A DNA stretch of 63,774 nt, counting the filler, from Octopus bimaculoides (Eukaryota): NCBI RefSeq assembly GCF_001194135.2. It is 6 parts of 5 records of this genome, joined end to end, with 100 filler letters (N's around TTAATTAATTAA, not from the genome) between each part and the next. Parts side by side here need not be neighbours in the genome. Positions count along the whole stretch, not along the records: positions 25,149 to 55,046 come from NC_068995.1; positions 55,147 to 60,348 come from NC_068982.1; 4 more parts are not named here. One strand, written 5' to 3'. Each line of letters starts with the position of its first letter. The first letter of the stretch is position 1. A model generated the notes under the pieces. The model searched no databases and was not told the DNA's origin. It saw only the letters and a program-made list of their open reading frames with translations. This document shows, piece by piece, positions 45,790 through 58,558 of this stretch. Both the position numbers and the translations under genes were made by a program.

Positions 45790-46247
45790 CACATACACAC
45801 ATACGCACTCACGCTCATACTCACATACACACATACAAATCTTTTTTACTCTTACTCAAACAACACATCCAAAATAAACACACTCGTACACATATGGTCT
45901 GTTGAGAAACTACACACTCAAGTGCATATNNNNNNNNNNNNNNNNNNNNNNNNNNNNNNNNNNNNNNNNNNNNNNNNNNNNNNNNNNNNNNNNNNNNNNN
46001 NNNNNNNNNNNNNNNNNNNNNNNNNNNNNNNNNNNNNNNNNNNNNNNNNNNNNNNNNNNNNNNNNNNNNNNNNNNNNNNNNNNNNNNNNNNNNNNNNNNN
46101 NNNNNNNNNNNNNNNNNNNNNNNNNNNNNNNNNNNNNNNNNNNNNNNNNNNNNNNNNNNNNNNNNNNNNNNNNNNNNNNNNNNNNNNNNNNNNNNNNNNN
46201 NNNNNNNNTATATACATATATATATACATACATACATACACACACAC

Positions 46248-46296
<49 letters not shown>

Positions 46297-46451
46297 GATA
46301 TATGTGTGTGTGTGTGTGTGTGTCTGTTACAATCGATTATGGGAATGTACAACAGATCAATATTCGCTTAACGACGTAAATACATAAACATGGACACTCA
46401 GGCTCATTCTTTCACTATATACATACATGAACATATGTATATATAGATATA

Positions 46452-46522
<71 letters not shown>

Positions 46523-46542
46523 ATAATGTTATATATGTATAC

Positions 46543-46575
<33 letters not shown>

Positions 46576-46850
46576 CACGCATACATATATACACACACAT
46601 ACACATATACAAACATATATACATACACACGTAAACATGCACACACACACATGTACATACATACACACGCATACACACGCATACACACATATATACAATT
46701 GATTCGACACTCCGAATAGAGCCACCTCATCAGTAAATATTGTGTCGTCAATCTTAAAATTGCTTTGAAATAATAAGCTTAATTTAACACATACCTACCT
46801 ACCTACCTACCTATATATATATATATATATATATATATACGTACGTGCAT

Positions 46851-46924
<74 letters not shown>

Positions 46925-48384
46925 ATGTATATATCATTAGACATAGAATGTTATATGCACAAAGAGGTATATTATTCAAGCCAAAAACAATACATATACA
47001 TGCAGATACGCCTTGCATAGAACCAGACAAAAATAATATATATATATATATAAACAAAGAAATCAGTATTTGGAGATTAAAACCAACTGCTAGAATTCTA
47101 AAGATTTCACTACACTGTCTTGTTTCCATTCCTCCATTTACACTAAAACGGAAACCCTAGAAATATTTGTATTAAAATCATTTGGTGCTGTCACGGTACT
47201 TCCTATTTGCCGATGAATTTTTCGGTTTTGTTTTTTTATATCATCCACGGTAAAGCCCACTAAACAGATAAACTTATAACTATGTAAGTGTACCATAATT
47301 CGTGAAGAGGTATTATATATATTTTATACATTCACATATATTATGTGGGTGTAATGTGTGTGCGTGTGTGTGTGTATATATATGTACATATACATAATAC
47401 ATATACATATATTATGTGGGCATAATGTATGTACGTGTGTGTGCGTGTATATATATATATATATATATATNNNNNNNNNNNNNNNNNNNNNNNNNNNNNN
47501 NNNNNNNNNNNNNNNNNNNNNNNNNNNNNNNNNNNNNNNNNNNNNNNNNNNNNNNNNNNNNNNNNNNNNNNNNNNNNNNNNNNNNNNNNNNNNNNNNNNN
47601 NNNNNNNNNNNNNNNNNNNNNNNNNNNNNNNNNNNNNNNNNNNNNNNNNNNNNNNNNNNNNNNNNNNNNNNNNNNNNNNNNNNNNNNNNNNNNNNNNNNN
47701 NNNNNNNNNNNNNNNNNNNNNNNNNNNNNNNNNNNNNNNNNNNNNNNNNNNNNNNNNNNNNNNNNNNNNNNNNNNNNNNNNNNNNNNNNNNNNNNNNNNN
47801 NNNNNNNNNNNNNNNNNNNNNNNNNNNNNNNNNNNNNNNNNNNNNNNNNNNNNNNNNNNNNNNNNNNNNNNNNNNNNNNNNNNNNNNNNNNNNNNNNNNN
47901 NNNNNNNNNNNNNNNNNNNNNNNNNNNNNNNCATGTCTTTTTGTATGTGTGTGTGCTTGTCTAGCTGTCTGTCTTACATTTTTGGATAAAGAGGGCAGAA
48001 CGATGGTACGCTGCTGCTGGGATGCGAGCTGGGCCTTTATCAACCCTAGTTGGGTCAAACTGGCCAAAGTGGGTCTGATGTCGAAAAGCCCAAAACAAAA
48101 GAACCTGGAAGCATCACTTGATGATGTACCCCAGAGCACCCGCGAGATATATCTTGGTTATATATTTGTATATATATATATATATATATATATGCGCACA
48201 CACATGTACAAATATATGTGTGTAAGAGTGTATGAGTGTGTTTGTGTACGTGAGGGTGTGCGGTGGCTTCAAGTTCTGCCGTATGTTTTAGTATCAATGA
48301 TATTACTTCTACCCTGAATATGTAAACACTCCATTTTTGAAACTAATTTCAGAACTCTTTGACATAATATCATTTGAAATTTAC

Positions 48385-48457
<73 letters not shown>

Positions 48458-48459
<2 letters not shown>

Positions 48460-48678
48460 CAAGCCAAGATATAGACAAATGGCTGAAGGAGATTGAAATA
48501 GAATGTCCGGTAGAGCTCCTACGGAATGTTTGTCTCTGACGGACAGCAAGGATTATCAGAAAGGCTCTAAGCACTTGAAAGACTACTGTAAACGTGTGGA
48601 TACCCAAGGTTACAGGTAGTAACCCGCTACCCATATAAATCCTACCAAGAATAAAACCAAATCTGAGCTTTGTTTGTA
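48458..48678 (+). mobile_element. 5'-truncated R4/Dong 3' end, first of a tandem pair, within (AAT)n
   Basis: QDIDKWLKEIEIECPVELLRNVCL*RTARIIRKALST*, then a 3' UTR with hairpin GGTTAC-AGGTA-GTAACC (48608-48624). Confidence 0.85.
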
Positions 48679-48723
48679 TAATGATGATAATAATAATAAA
48701 AACAACAATAATAATAATAAGAA

Positions 48724-48884
48724 GAATGCCCGGTAGAGCTCCTACAGAAAGTTTGTCTCCTAGGGACCACAAAGATTATCAGGAGGGTTCTAAGCACTTG
48801 AAAGACAGCAGAAAACTTGTGGATACCTAACATGAATCCCACATGAATCCTACCAGGAATAAGACCGAACCTGAGCCAAACCAA

Positions 48885-48950
<66 letters not shown>
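48724..48950 (+). mobile_element. 5'-truncated R4/Dong 3' end, second of the pair, with (AAT)n tail
   Basis: ECPVELLQKVCLLGTTKIIRRVLST*. UTR is related to the preceding copy but lacks the hairpin. Confidence 0.85.
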
Positions 48951-48952
<2 letters not shown>

Positions 48953-49363
48953 GAACAAGAACAACAACAATAACAAGAATAGTTATAATAACAACAACAA
49001 CAATAGTAATAAAAAAAACTAATACGCCTCGGATGAGATATGAACTTGGTAAATAAAGGATCTAATTAAACACGTTTTGTTCGTTGCTCTGCTGCCTCCC
49101 CCGGTTTATCATCCTGACATAAATGATTTCTGAGTGAGAGACAAGGTCACATGTTTTGGTGAATGTGGGTGGGTGTGTTTCTGATGAGTTCTATGATCGA
49201 TTAAAATCGATATCCTATCCATGATTACTACTTCTTTTCCCCATCTCCGAAGTATGAAAGCCAAGTTGATCCGAGTGAGATTCGAACGTGTAACTTAGAC
49301 ATAGAACAAGATATTATATTTCAATTAACACTGTCAATGTTATCTACAGCCACCATATATAAA

Positions 49364-50401
49364 TATAAATATATATACACACACATTCAGAAACTCACAG
49401 AAATCTCTTATAAGTAATTATTAACGTTTGAATACCATCCTAGTCATCATTCTCATCCTCATCATCACCATCACCGTCATCATCGTCATCATCATCATCA
49501 ACGTCATTATGANNNNNNNNNNNNNNNNNNNNNNNNNNNNNNNNNNNNNNNNNNNNNNNNNNNNNNNNNNNNNNNNNNNNNNNNNNNNNNNNNNNNNNNN
49601 NNNNNNNNNNNNNNNNNNNNNNNNNNNNNNNNNNNNNNNNNNNNNNNNNNNNNNNNNNNNNNNNNNNNNNNNNNNNNNNNNNNNNNNNNNNNNNNNNNNN
49701 NNNNNNNNNNNNNNNNNNNNNNNNNNNNNNNNNNNNNNNNNNNNNNNNNNNNNNNNNNNNNNNNNNNNNNNNNNNNNNNNNNNNNNNNNNNNNNNNNNNN
49801 NNNNNNNNNNNNNNNNNNNNNNNNNNNNNNNNNNNNNNNNNNNNNNNNNNNNNNNNNNNNNNNNNNNNNNNNNNNNNNNNNNNNNNNNNNNNNNNNNNNN
49901 NNNNNNNNNNNNNNNNNNNNNNNNNNNNNNNNNNNNNNNNNNNNNNNNNNNNNNNNNNNNNNNNNNNNNNNNNNNNNNNNNNNNNNNNNNNNNNNNNNNN
50001 NNNNNNNNNNNNNNNNNNNNNNNNNNNNNNNNNNNNNNNNNNNNNNNNNNNNNNNNNNNNNNNNNNNNNNNNNNNNNNNNNNNNNNNNNNNNNNNNNNNN
50101 NNNNNNNNNNNNNNNNNNNNNNNNNNNNNNNNNNNNNNNNNNNNNNNNNNNNNNNNNNNNNNNNNNNNNNNNNNNNNNNNNATATATATATATATATACA
50201 TATACATACATACACATACATCTGTTTGTATATAAATACATACATATACGTATATAAATATATATACACACACATTCAGAAACTCACAGAAATCTCTTAT
50301 AAGTAATTATTAACGTTTGAATACCATCCTAGTCATCATTCTCATCCTCATCATCACCATCACCGTCATCATCGTCATCATCATCATCAACGTCATTATG
50401 A
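49364..50401. repeat. Identical 149-bp segments flanking an N gap (49364-49512 and 50253-50401)
   Basis: No differences seen on direct comparison. The first copy ends exactly at the gap, so this is probably unmerged overlapping contig ends. Confidence 0.85.
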
Positions 50402-50976
50402 TCATCATCACCATCATCATCATCGTTATAATTAATAGCATCTATGAGTATTATGCATTTTCAGTAATTTAGTAGAAGTTCTAGTAGTAGTTGTAGCTTC
50501 AGAACCGTAGAGAAACTTAACTATGTAGAACTCAATACATACATACATACATACATACATACGTATATATATATATATATTTATACGTACACATATATAC
50601 ACACATATATATATCTATACATACCTCTCATCTTGCTAACGCCTAAATATATTATGTTTCCCAGTTAACAAGGCCAGAGTTATAATGCTGCTTCAACCTT
50701 ACAATATCTTTCTGAGTAATTTGCATTTCACCGCTTGGTTCTTTGATCAGGAATTCCATAAAATATTCTTTTGCTTTTTCCTCGTACTTTGGCAGAACAG
50801 TTACCGTTTGTTCCCAGATTGATTTTACTCTCAACAATTTCTGTTTAAATATTTTAGGTAAGCTATATGTTTATAGACAAGATAATAGATACTGAATTGT
50901 AATGTGTAAACAAAGCATTTATTTTAGCATTTTACAACGACCGTAGACACACACAAACACACACATACACACACAC

Positions 50977-51049
<73 letters not shown>

Positions 51050-51160
51050 GTTACCTTGCTCTGGAATTAACGACGTGAATAACAAGAATACGAAAGACGA
51101 AGTGAGAACTTAGTGTAATTATTAGTTTGACGCTCAATAAAATGTAAGAAATCAGAAATG

Positions 51161-51197
51161 TTTCTGACGTTTCAAACTTTAAACCTTCTTCAGAAAT
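51161..51197 (-). ncRNA. Decayed minimal type I hammerhead motif
   Basis: TTT-CTGAAGA-AGGTTTAAAGTTT-GAAA-CG-TC-AGA. Intact core and GUC triplet; stem II is mostly G.U pairs. Confidence 0.45.
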
Positions 51198-51379
51198 TTT
51201 GATAGAAGGAAAAATGTAGAGGAATACATAGTTGCGTACACACACGCACATACTTATATCCATCCATTCACCAATCCATCGATCCATCCATCCGCCCATC
51301 CGTCCGTCCGCCCGTCCATCCATCTTTCTATATATACACACATGCACACACACACGTGTATGTGTGTACATATATATAC

Positions 51380-51429
<50 letters not shown>

Positions 51430-51809
51430 TTACATGCAGACATACACACATACACACACACATGTGTATATATATATATATATNNNNNNNNNNNNNNNNN
51501 NNNNNNNNNNNNNNNNNNNNNNNNNNNNNNNNNNNNNNNNNNNNNNNNNNNNNNNNATTAATGGCGAACGAAGGAAAAAAACCTAAGAATGAAGAATAAA
51601 GATTTTCTTCAGCAACTCAAGTGATTAAATCTGGATGAGGCAAACACTAAAATTTTCAGTAACACTTGGTATTCTGTAAGAGAATCGGTAAGAAGTTAAA
51701 AAAAAAGAAAAGAAGAGAGCACAACTACTTAGAGGTGAAATGTTGTTAAAATAACTCGAACGATTCAGTGTTTGAAAGTCGACAACTTTTAGGGGTTGAT
51801 AGTGGTGGC

Positions 51810-51844
<35 letters not shown>

Positions 51845-54800
51845 AGTGATGATGTAGGTTACAATGGTAATGATGATGATGATGATAAGGAGGTAGCAGA
51901 GGAAGAGGAGAACGATGGTTCTGATAATGCTGATGTTGATACAACATACGAATCTATGACTTTCCTTCATACGCAGACATACCTTGTCGATGAAATTTAT
52001 GCTTTTAGTGCCTGTCTATTGTTCTACATTTTGGGAATGTTACGAAACAAAAGGAGAAAAAACTCATGTGACTCAGAATATATGTGATGCAAAGTCAGAT
52101 ACAACACCACGAGGTATAATCTAAAGATATTGTCTCCCTTAAAAATATGTGTGTTTTGGGCTTAGTAGAAAAGGTGTTCTTTTTCATTTCATGAATCAAT
52201 TTTAATGAAGAGTTTCTTTCGAAATCGGTCTAATGAAGTAAATCTAAAGGAAAATGGACTTTTTTCAAACGTCTGCACTCTGATATGTCAAGGTAAATAT
52301 AGCCTGTAAATAAAAGGAAATATGGGCGAAGATTTCGTTCAGAAATAAAGTTTTCAGGCTTTAGATAATAACTGAAAACAGTTCATGTGTTTGTTTGAAG
52401 ACCAAGCTAAATTTGACATTCCGTTTTCACTGAAAATAGAATGTTTTTTAACACCAAAGTTTATCAAATATTTGAACCTGAAGTCACTATTTTTGTAAAA
52501 TGATTTTTCTCTTTTTTTCTTTTTGTAATTGAGATCCGGAGTTTGTTCCTCCAAATATGGCAATGTTTATTTTTAACTACCAAATAAAAAATTTTAATAT
52601 AAAAATAAAAATACCACGAAATAAATAAAAAAGAAACAAAATCCCTTTTTATGTTCTATTTATAAAATCACCAAAAATAGTTTATGGAGAATCTATGAAA
52701 GCAGAACCGGTATTTTGCGAATTGAAGCTGAAATCGAAGACTTTAAGATTTGTAGAATTCAGTCACAATAAAATAGGCGCCATAACCCTTGAACAGTGTT
52801 TGTTTCTCAGCCGAAACAGTTTATTTATAAAACACACAAAACCTTTCGTAGGAATAAACCAAAATTTACATTTAGATTCGATTTCCATTCCACTTTTATT
52901 CATCTAAAGATATTGAAAAAAGGGGGGCGGGGAAAGAAGCTATATGAAGGAAATATATTATTCCCTTCGTGACTGAAGTTTTAATGAAAGTGTTTTTGAA
53001 ATGGAGGGAAAAAATGGATTATTAAAAAGTTCATTGATTACCCGTTAATATTTAGGAATCATTTATTTATTTAAAGGTAAATATTTTGCAAAAGTAAAGA
53101 GATTCATGGCCTTTTAACCAAATATCCGTTTCTTGATATCAAATGTACATAATTCGTGGAACATTCCAAAGTAGTGTTGTTCTATAATTATTAAATGTAA
53201 GATATTGTGGAAATATTGGTCGAGTGGAAATAAAAGAGTGGACTTCGAGGTTGAAATCGGTTAAATATTTGTCCTAAATCATTTTTTTAAAAAAAGAATT
53301 ATTGAATTTTGGTCATTTGGAAAAGAATGAATAGGCTTAAAAAAGAATAAATATTAAATTGAAATATGCCACTCAAAAGATATATTGAAATTTTAATCCA
53401 AGATTTAGTAGTCATGAACGAGAGGAGAACATGACGTTAAATATCGCTTGATTTGAGGGATAGAAAGTTTTATATAATATTAAAGTTTCAACAATGTGGA
53501 CCTACTTCTCCCAGGGAAATCCAACTGAGAACGTAGACGTTAAGTTTACATAAATTTGCATAACAATAATATTTCAAACTGCGGAAAGAATTTTGAATGT
53601 TGTACATTTTATAAATCTATGCGGTCATTTATGTGCAAATATTGGAGAGAAAAAAAAATCAAAATAAAAACGCAAATTCATACCCGAACTCTAATTTTTT
53701 TCTCATTGATCCACTCATGTAAGACTCTCTCTCTTCATCTGTTTATCTTACAGATCATCTGTCTCTTGTTTACTAAGACATCCCTCNNNNNNNNNNNNNN
53801 NNNNNNNNNNNNNNNNNNNNNNNNNNNNNNNNNNNNNNNNNNNNNNNNNNNNNNNNNNNNNNNNNNNNNNNNNNNNNNNNNNNNNNNNNNNNNNNNNNNN
53901 NNNNNNNNNNNNNNNNNNNNNNNNNNNNNNNNNNNNNNNNNNNNNNNNNNNNNNNNNNNNNNNNNNNNNNNNNNNNNNNNNNNNNNNNNNNNNNNNNNNN
54001 NNNNNNNNNNNNNNNNNNNNNNNNNNNNNNNNNNNNNNNNNNNNNNNNNNNNNNNNNNNNNNNNNNNNNNNNNNNNNNNNNNNNNNNNNNNNNNNNNNNN
54101 NNNNNNNNNNNNNNNNNNNNNNNNNNNNNNNNNNNNNNNNNNNNNNNNNNNNNNNNNNNNNNNNNNNNNNNNNNNNNNNNNNNNNNNNNNNNNNNNNNNN
54201 NNNNNTAAAAAAAAATAATAAAAGCCCAACAAAAATTGTATTTCCTCAAGTCATCTATTTGAGGGAGGGGGTGGTGGGGGTGCGGTGGGGGTGTAATATG
54301 TAATGTCAAAAAATAGAAATGTCCGGTAAAAAGAATCATCGTTATAGATTGATTGATTATTGATTAAAGATTGATCTCCGAGAGACAGATATGAATGATC
54401 AGGCCATGTTGCAACATGTTATAGACTTTCACAATGGTATCTCTTGGTAAAACACTGAAAAAATATACAGAGTTATTAGTAAATAATGATTATTATTATT
54501 ATTATTATTATTATTACAGTTCGTGCATTTAAAAAAAAGAAGGCTACCAGTTCTATCTTTGTATATCGATCTGTCATGCCGTCTGCTTATCCACCAATCT
54601 ACTTACCTATCTATCTCTCTATATATAACCATCTATATATCTGTCTATCTAGTTATCTATCTGTCTATCCATCTATCTATTTATCAGTCTCTGTGTCTGA
54701 CTGTTTGTTTGTCTGTCTGTGCGTCTAGCGTCTATCGATTTAATTTTCGTAAATGCATTAAGACGAGTCTATCTGCGTTGTTTTGTCGCATTTGTCGGTT

Positions 54801-54993
54801 TTCTTGTTGTCTGTGAATCTGTGCGAACAGATGCTGAAAGGTGTATAAAAGTATGTTTCAATTACGGCTGTTTGTATGTATTTAGATGTATATGTGTAAG
54901 TGTAAAGATTTTTATTTTGGATCTGAAAGAATATATATATATATATATGCATGCATACACATATATACATACATACATACGCATATATACATA

Positions 54994-55046
<53 letters not shown>

Positions 55047-55231
55047 NNNNNNNNNNNNNNNNNNNNNNNNNNNNNNNNNNNNNNNNNNNNTTAATTAATT
55101 AANNNNNNNNNNNNNNNNNNNNNNNNNNNNNNNNNNNNNNNNNNNNTAATAACAAACACGAAAGCTAACGATGTCCTAAAGACCTAATAATAGTTATGTA
55201 TGTGTTTTTTCGTGTTTTGTTCGAAAGGTAA

Positions 55232-55315
55232 CCACTCCTGAAGAAGTGCCAAACGTCTAAATCCAATGGACCAGTCACTGGATAAGTTTGGCACAGAAAT
55301 GTTAACATAGAGTGG
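55232..55315 (+). ncRNA. Type I hammerhead ribozyme with extended stem II and palindromic stem III
   Basis: CCACTC-CTGAAGA-A-GTGCCAAAC...ATCCA...TGGAT..GTTTGGCAC-A-GAAA-TGTTAACA-TA-GAGTGG. Perfect 6-bp stem I, 9-bp stem II, 10-nt palindrome ATGTTAACAT, AUA triplet, followed by AATAAA. Confidence 0.8.
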
Positions 55316-57005
55316 TGAATAAATCGATATATCGAATTTGAAGTCTCTGTCTCTTTTGAATATGAAAATTTAAAAGTTTAAAAATCTTATGATATATATA
55401 TATATATATATACATGCATACATACATGCATACATAATACATACATATATACATACATACATACACACACACATACATACATACATACTTACATACAGGC
55501 CTAAATATATACATACATACAAACAAAGAAAAAATTCCTGTTGCTGACGTTGAAATTCGGTTCTTTCTCAATTAGTGAGAAATCTTGAAATAAACTAAAT
55601 GATGACATACATACATACATACATACATACATACAATATATGTGATTACACGCTGCAATATGCATTGCTGATATATATTTCATTTAATCGACTAAAATGT
55701 TATACGAAGAGTGAACTTAAGTGCCATTGACATATCCGGCAGGATCTCTATGTAGATGCCTTCCTGTAAGTAGATTTACATGCGTTATGCATATATATAT
55801 ATATGCTTCTTAATATTCGTGATTTACCCTCTATGATATATATGTATTTGTATATTTGTACGTTTGTACATATGTAAGTTCAAATTCATAGAGGTCTGTG
55901 GCAAAATTTGCACTCTATAAAGTGCATCAGTACCAAGCCTATACCTCTCTTAGTTTGTGCATAATTTAATTGAAAATAGAATTGATCAAATTTTTACCTC
56001 CATGTTTCAGTACAGGAAACAATATTCTACAAAGTCATTTCAGCAATTCGCAAAACCAAAAATAAAATAGATAATTCAATTTAAAAGTATAGGTAGCAAA
56101 AATCACACAGAATGCGTACAACATAAATATATTTACATCTTCAGTCTGTACGTATATTTACACGCAAAAATTTGTTTAAATTCATACTGTCTCCTATTTA
56201 CTTATCATTTACTTTCCTCTCCCCTATCTATCGCCTGCCCTGTCTCACTCTAAATTACTCCCTGTCTGACTTCTCTATCTCTTAACTGTATTTATTTTAA
56301 CAATTTATTGAATTCATTATATATTTACATTTTGTTTTGTAAATCCGTGTAAATTATTATGTTATATTTTTATTATATATTATAGGTCTTAGACTTTATT
56401 CATCTCTACTTTAGTAGTATAAATTATTCCCTTGTTTATTTTTTCTTTATGTCAGTCCCTCTTCCTTTTCTTTTTCTTTTTTCTCACCTTATTTCCTCTT
56501 TATATATTTCATTCTTCCTCTTTGCTTTTCCCCTTTCTGTCTTTATTCACTAGTTCTTTTCTCTGAAACCTACTCATTCTGGCTTTCTCTTGTAACTAGT
56601 ATACTTCCTTTTCATCCAATTGCTTTCTTTCTATTTCCCTCCCAACATAATTGTAAAATGCTTCGCCATCTATCCAGCTTTAGAAATAGTCATATGTTAC
56701 TTACTGCAATAAAGTGTTTCTTGTTGAACGCTTCAGAATTCTTGTTGAGCATCTAAATAAGCTGGGCAAATGTATTGCAGAGTTCCAAACAACCACAATA
56801 TTAGGACGCTCGTAGGAACTATAATATATACTTGTGTCCATTTTGCCGTTGATTGTTCATTCGAAGCTCTAACTTTCCATGAATTTTATATTTTTAAAAA
56901 GTTCTGCATGCTGCTGTCTTATGAAGTTTCTCTATATTGTGGTTAAAAGCACGAAATGGGAGTAATAAACAATCCGACAACTAATAAGTAGTTATCTTCT
57001 TTTGG

Positions 57006-57065
<60 letters not shown>

Positions 57066-57118
57066 TATAATTGCCAACCAATTGTGGAGTCCTATACGGG
57101 ACAGTGCTACTGACGTTT

Positions 57119-57527
57119 ATAGGACCAGGAGTGGCTATATGGTAAGTAGCTTACCAAGCACATAGCTCTGGGTTCGGTCCCACTGCGTGGCACTTTGGGC
57201 AAGTATCTTCTACCATTGCCTCGGGACAGCCGAAGCCTTGCGAGTGGATTTGATAGATGGAAACTGGAAGAAGCCCGTCATATATATGTGTATGTGTGTG
57301 TGTGTGTGTATGTGTGTGTGTATGTTTGTGTGTCTGTGTTTGTGTTGCTCCATGGCTTGACAACCGATACTGGCGTGTTTACGTCCCCGTAACCTAGCTG
57401 TTTGCAAAAGAATTCGATTGAATATGTACTAGGCTTACAAAGTACAACCTCTGGTGTTGATTTGTTCCACTAAAGGTGGTGCTCCAGCATGGCCGCAGTC
57501 AACTGGCTGAAACAAATAAAAGAGTAA
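57119..57527 (+). mobile_element. SINE family B, full length
   Basis: A-box TGGCTATATGG, B-box GGTTCGGTCCC, internal (TG)n, and tail GGTGCTCCAGCATGGCCGCAGTC...TGAAACAAATAAAAGAG. Confidence 0.92.
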
Positions 57528-57881
57528 ATGATTATGTAATATGTTGTGGATAAATATCTATATTTCCAAACAGAAATAAAATATGCTTCGCACATTTTTT
57601 TTATTTATTACATGCTTCATATGTGCGGACATTTAAAAGTTCCTCGTGGTGATATAGCAGAGATAATGTTTATACAATGTTTTTCTTCTTTTATTTCTAA
57701 TCATTATTTTGTAGATACTTTCCTGCATTAGTTTTTACTACTTTTTTTACATTTTTTTACATTTCTATTCATGCGGTTTTACATCTCATCAGATAGTTGC
57801 AAATAAATGTAATCTTCGATCTAGTTCTCAAACGCGTACTATGCTTTCAATATATTATATCTATCTCTCTATCTATCTATC

Positions 57882-57912
<31 letters not shown>

Positions 57913-57968
57913 CTATCTATCTGTCTGTCTGTCTGTCTGTCTGTCTGTTTCTCTTCTATAGAGAGAGA

Positions 57969-58032
<64 letters not shown>

Positions 58033-58514
58033 NNNNNNNNNNNNNNNNNNNNNNNNNNNNNNNNNNNNNNNNNNNNNNNNNNNNNNNNNNNNNNNNNNNN
58101 NNNNNNNNNNNNNNNNNNNNNNNNNNNNNNNNNNNNNNNNNNNNNNNNNNNNNNNNNNNNNNNNNNNNNNNNNNNNNNNNNNNNNNNNNNNNNNNNNNNN
58201 NNNNNNNNNNNNNNNNNNNNNNNNNNNNNNNNNNNNNNNNNNNNNNNNNNNNNNNNNNNNNNNNNNNNNNNNNNNNNNNNNNNNNNNNNNNNNNNNNNNN
58301 NNNNNNNNNNNNNNNNNNNNNNNNNNNNNNNNNNNNNNNNNNNNNNNNNNNNNNNNNNNNNNNNNNNNNNNNNNNNNNNNNNNNNNNNNNNNNNNNNNNN
58401 NNNNNNNNNNNNNNNNNNNNNNNNNNNNNNNNNNNNNNNNNNNNNNNNNNNNNNNNNNNNNNNNNNNNNNNNNNNNNNNNNNNNNNNNNNNNNNNNNNNN
58501 NNNNNNNNNNNNNN

Positions 58515-58558
<44 letters not shown>

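Noticed and set aside
49364-50401. 149-bp direct repeat as LTRs or a real duplication
   Set aside because: Identical copies abut an N gap and have no TG...CA ends, so unmerged contig overlap is more likely.
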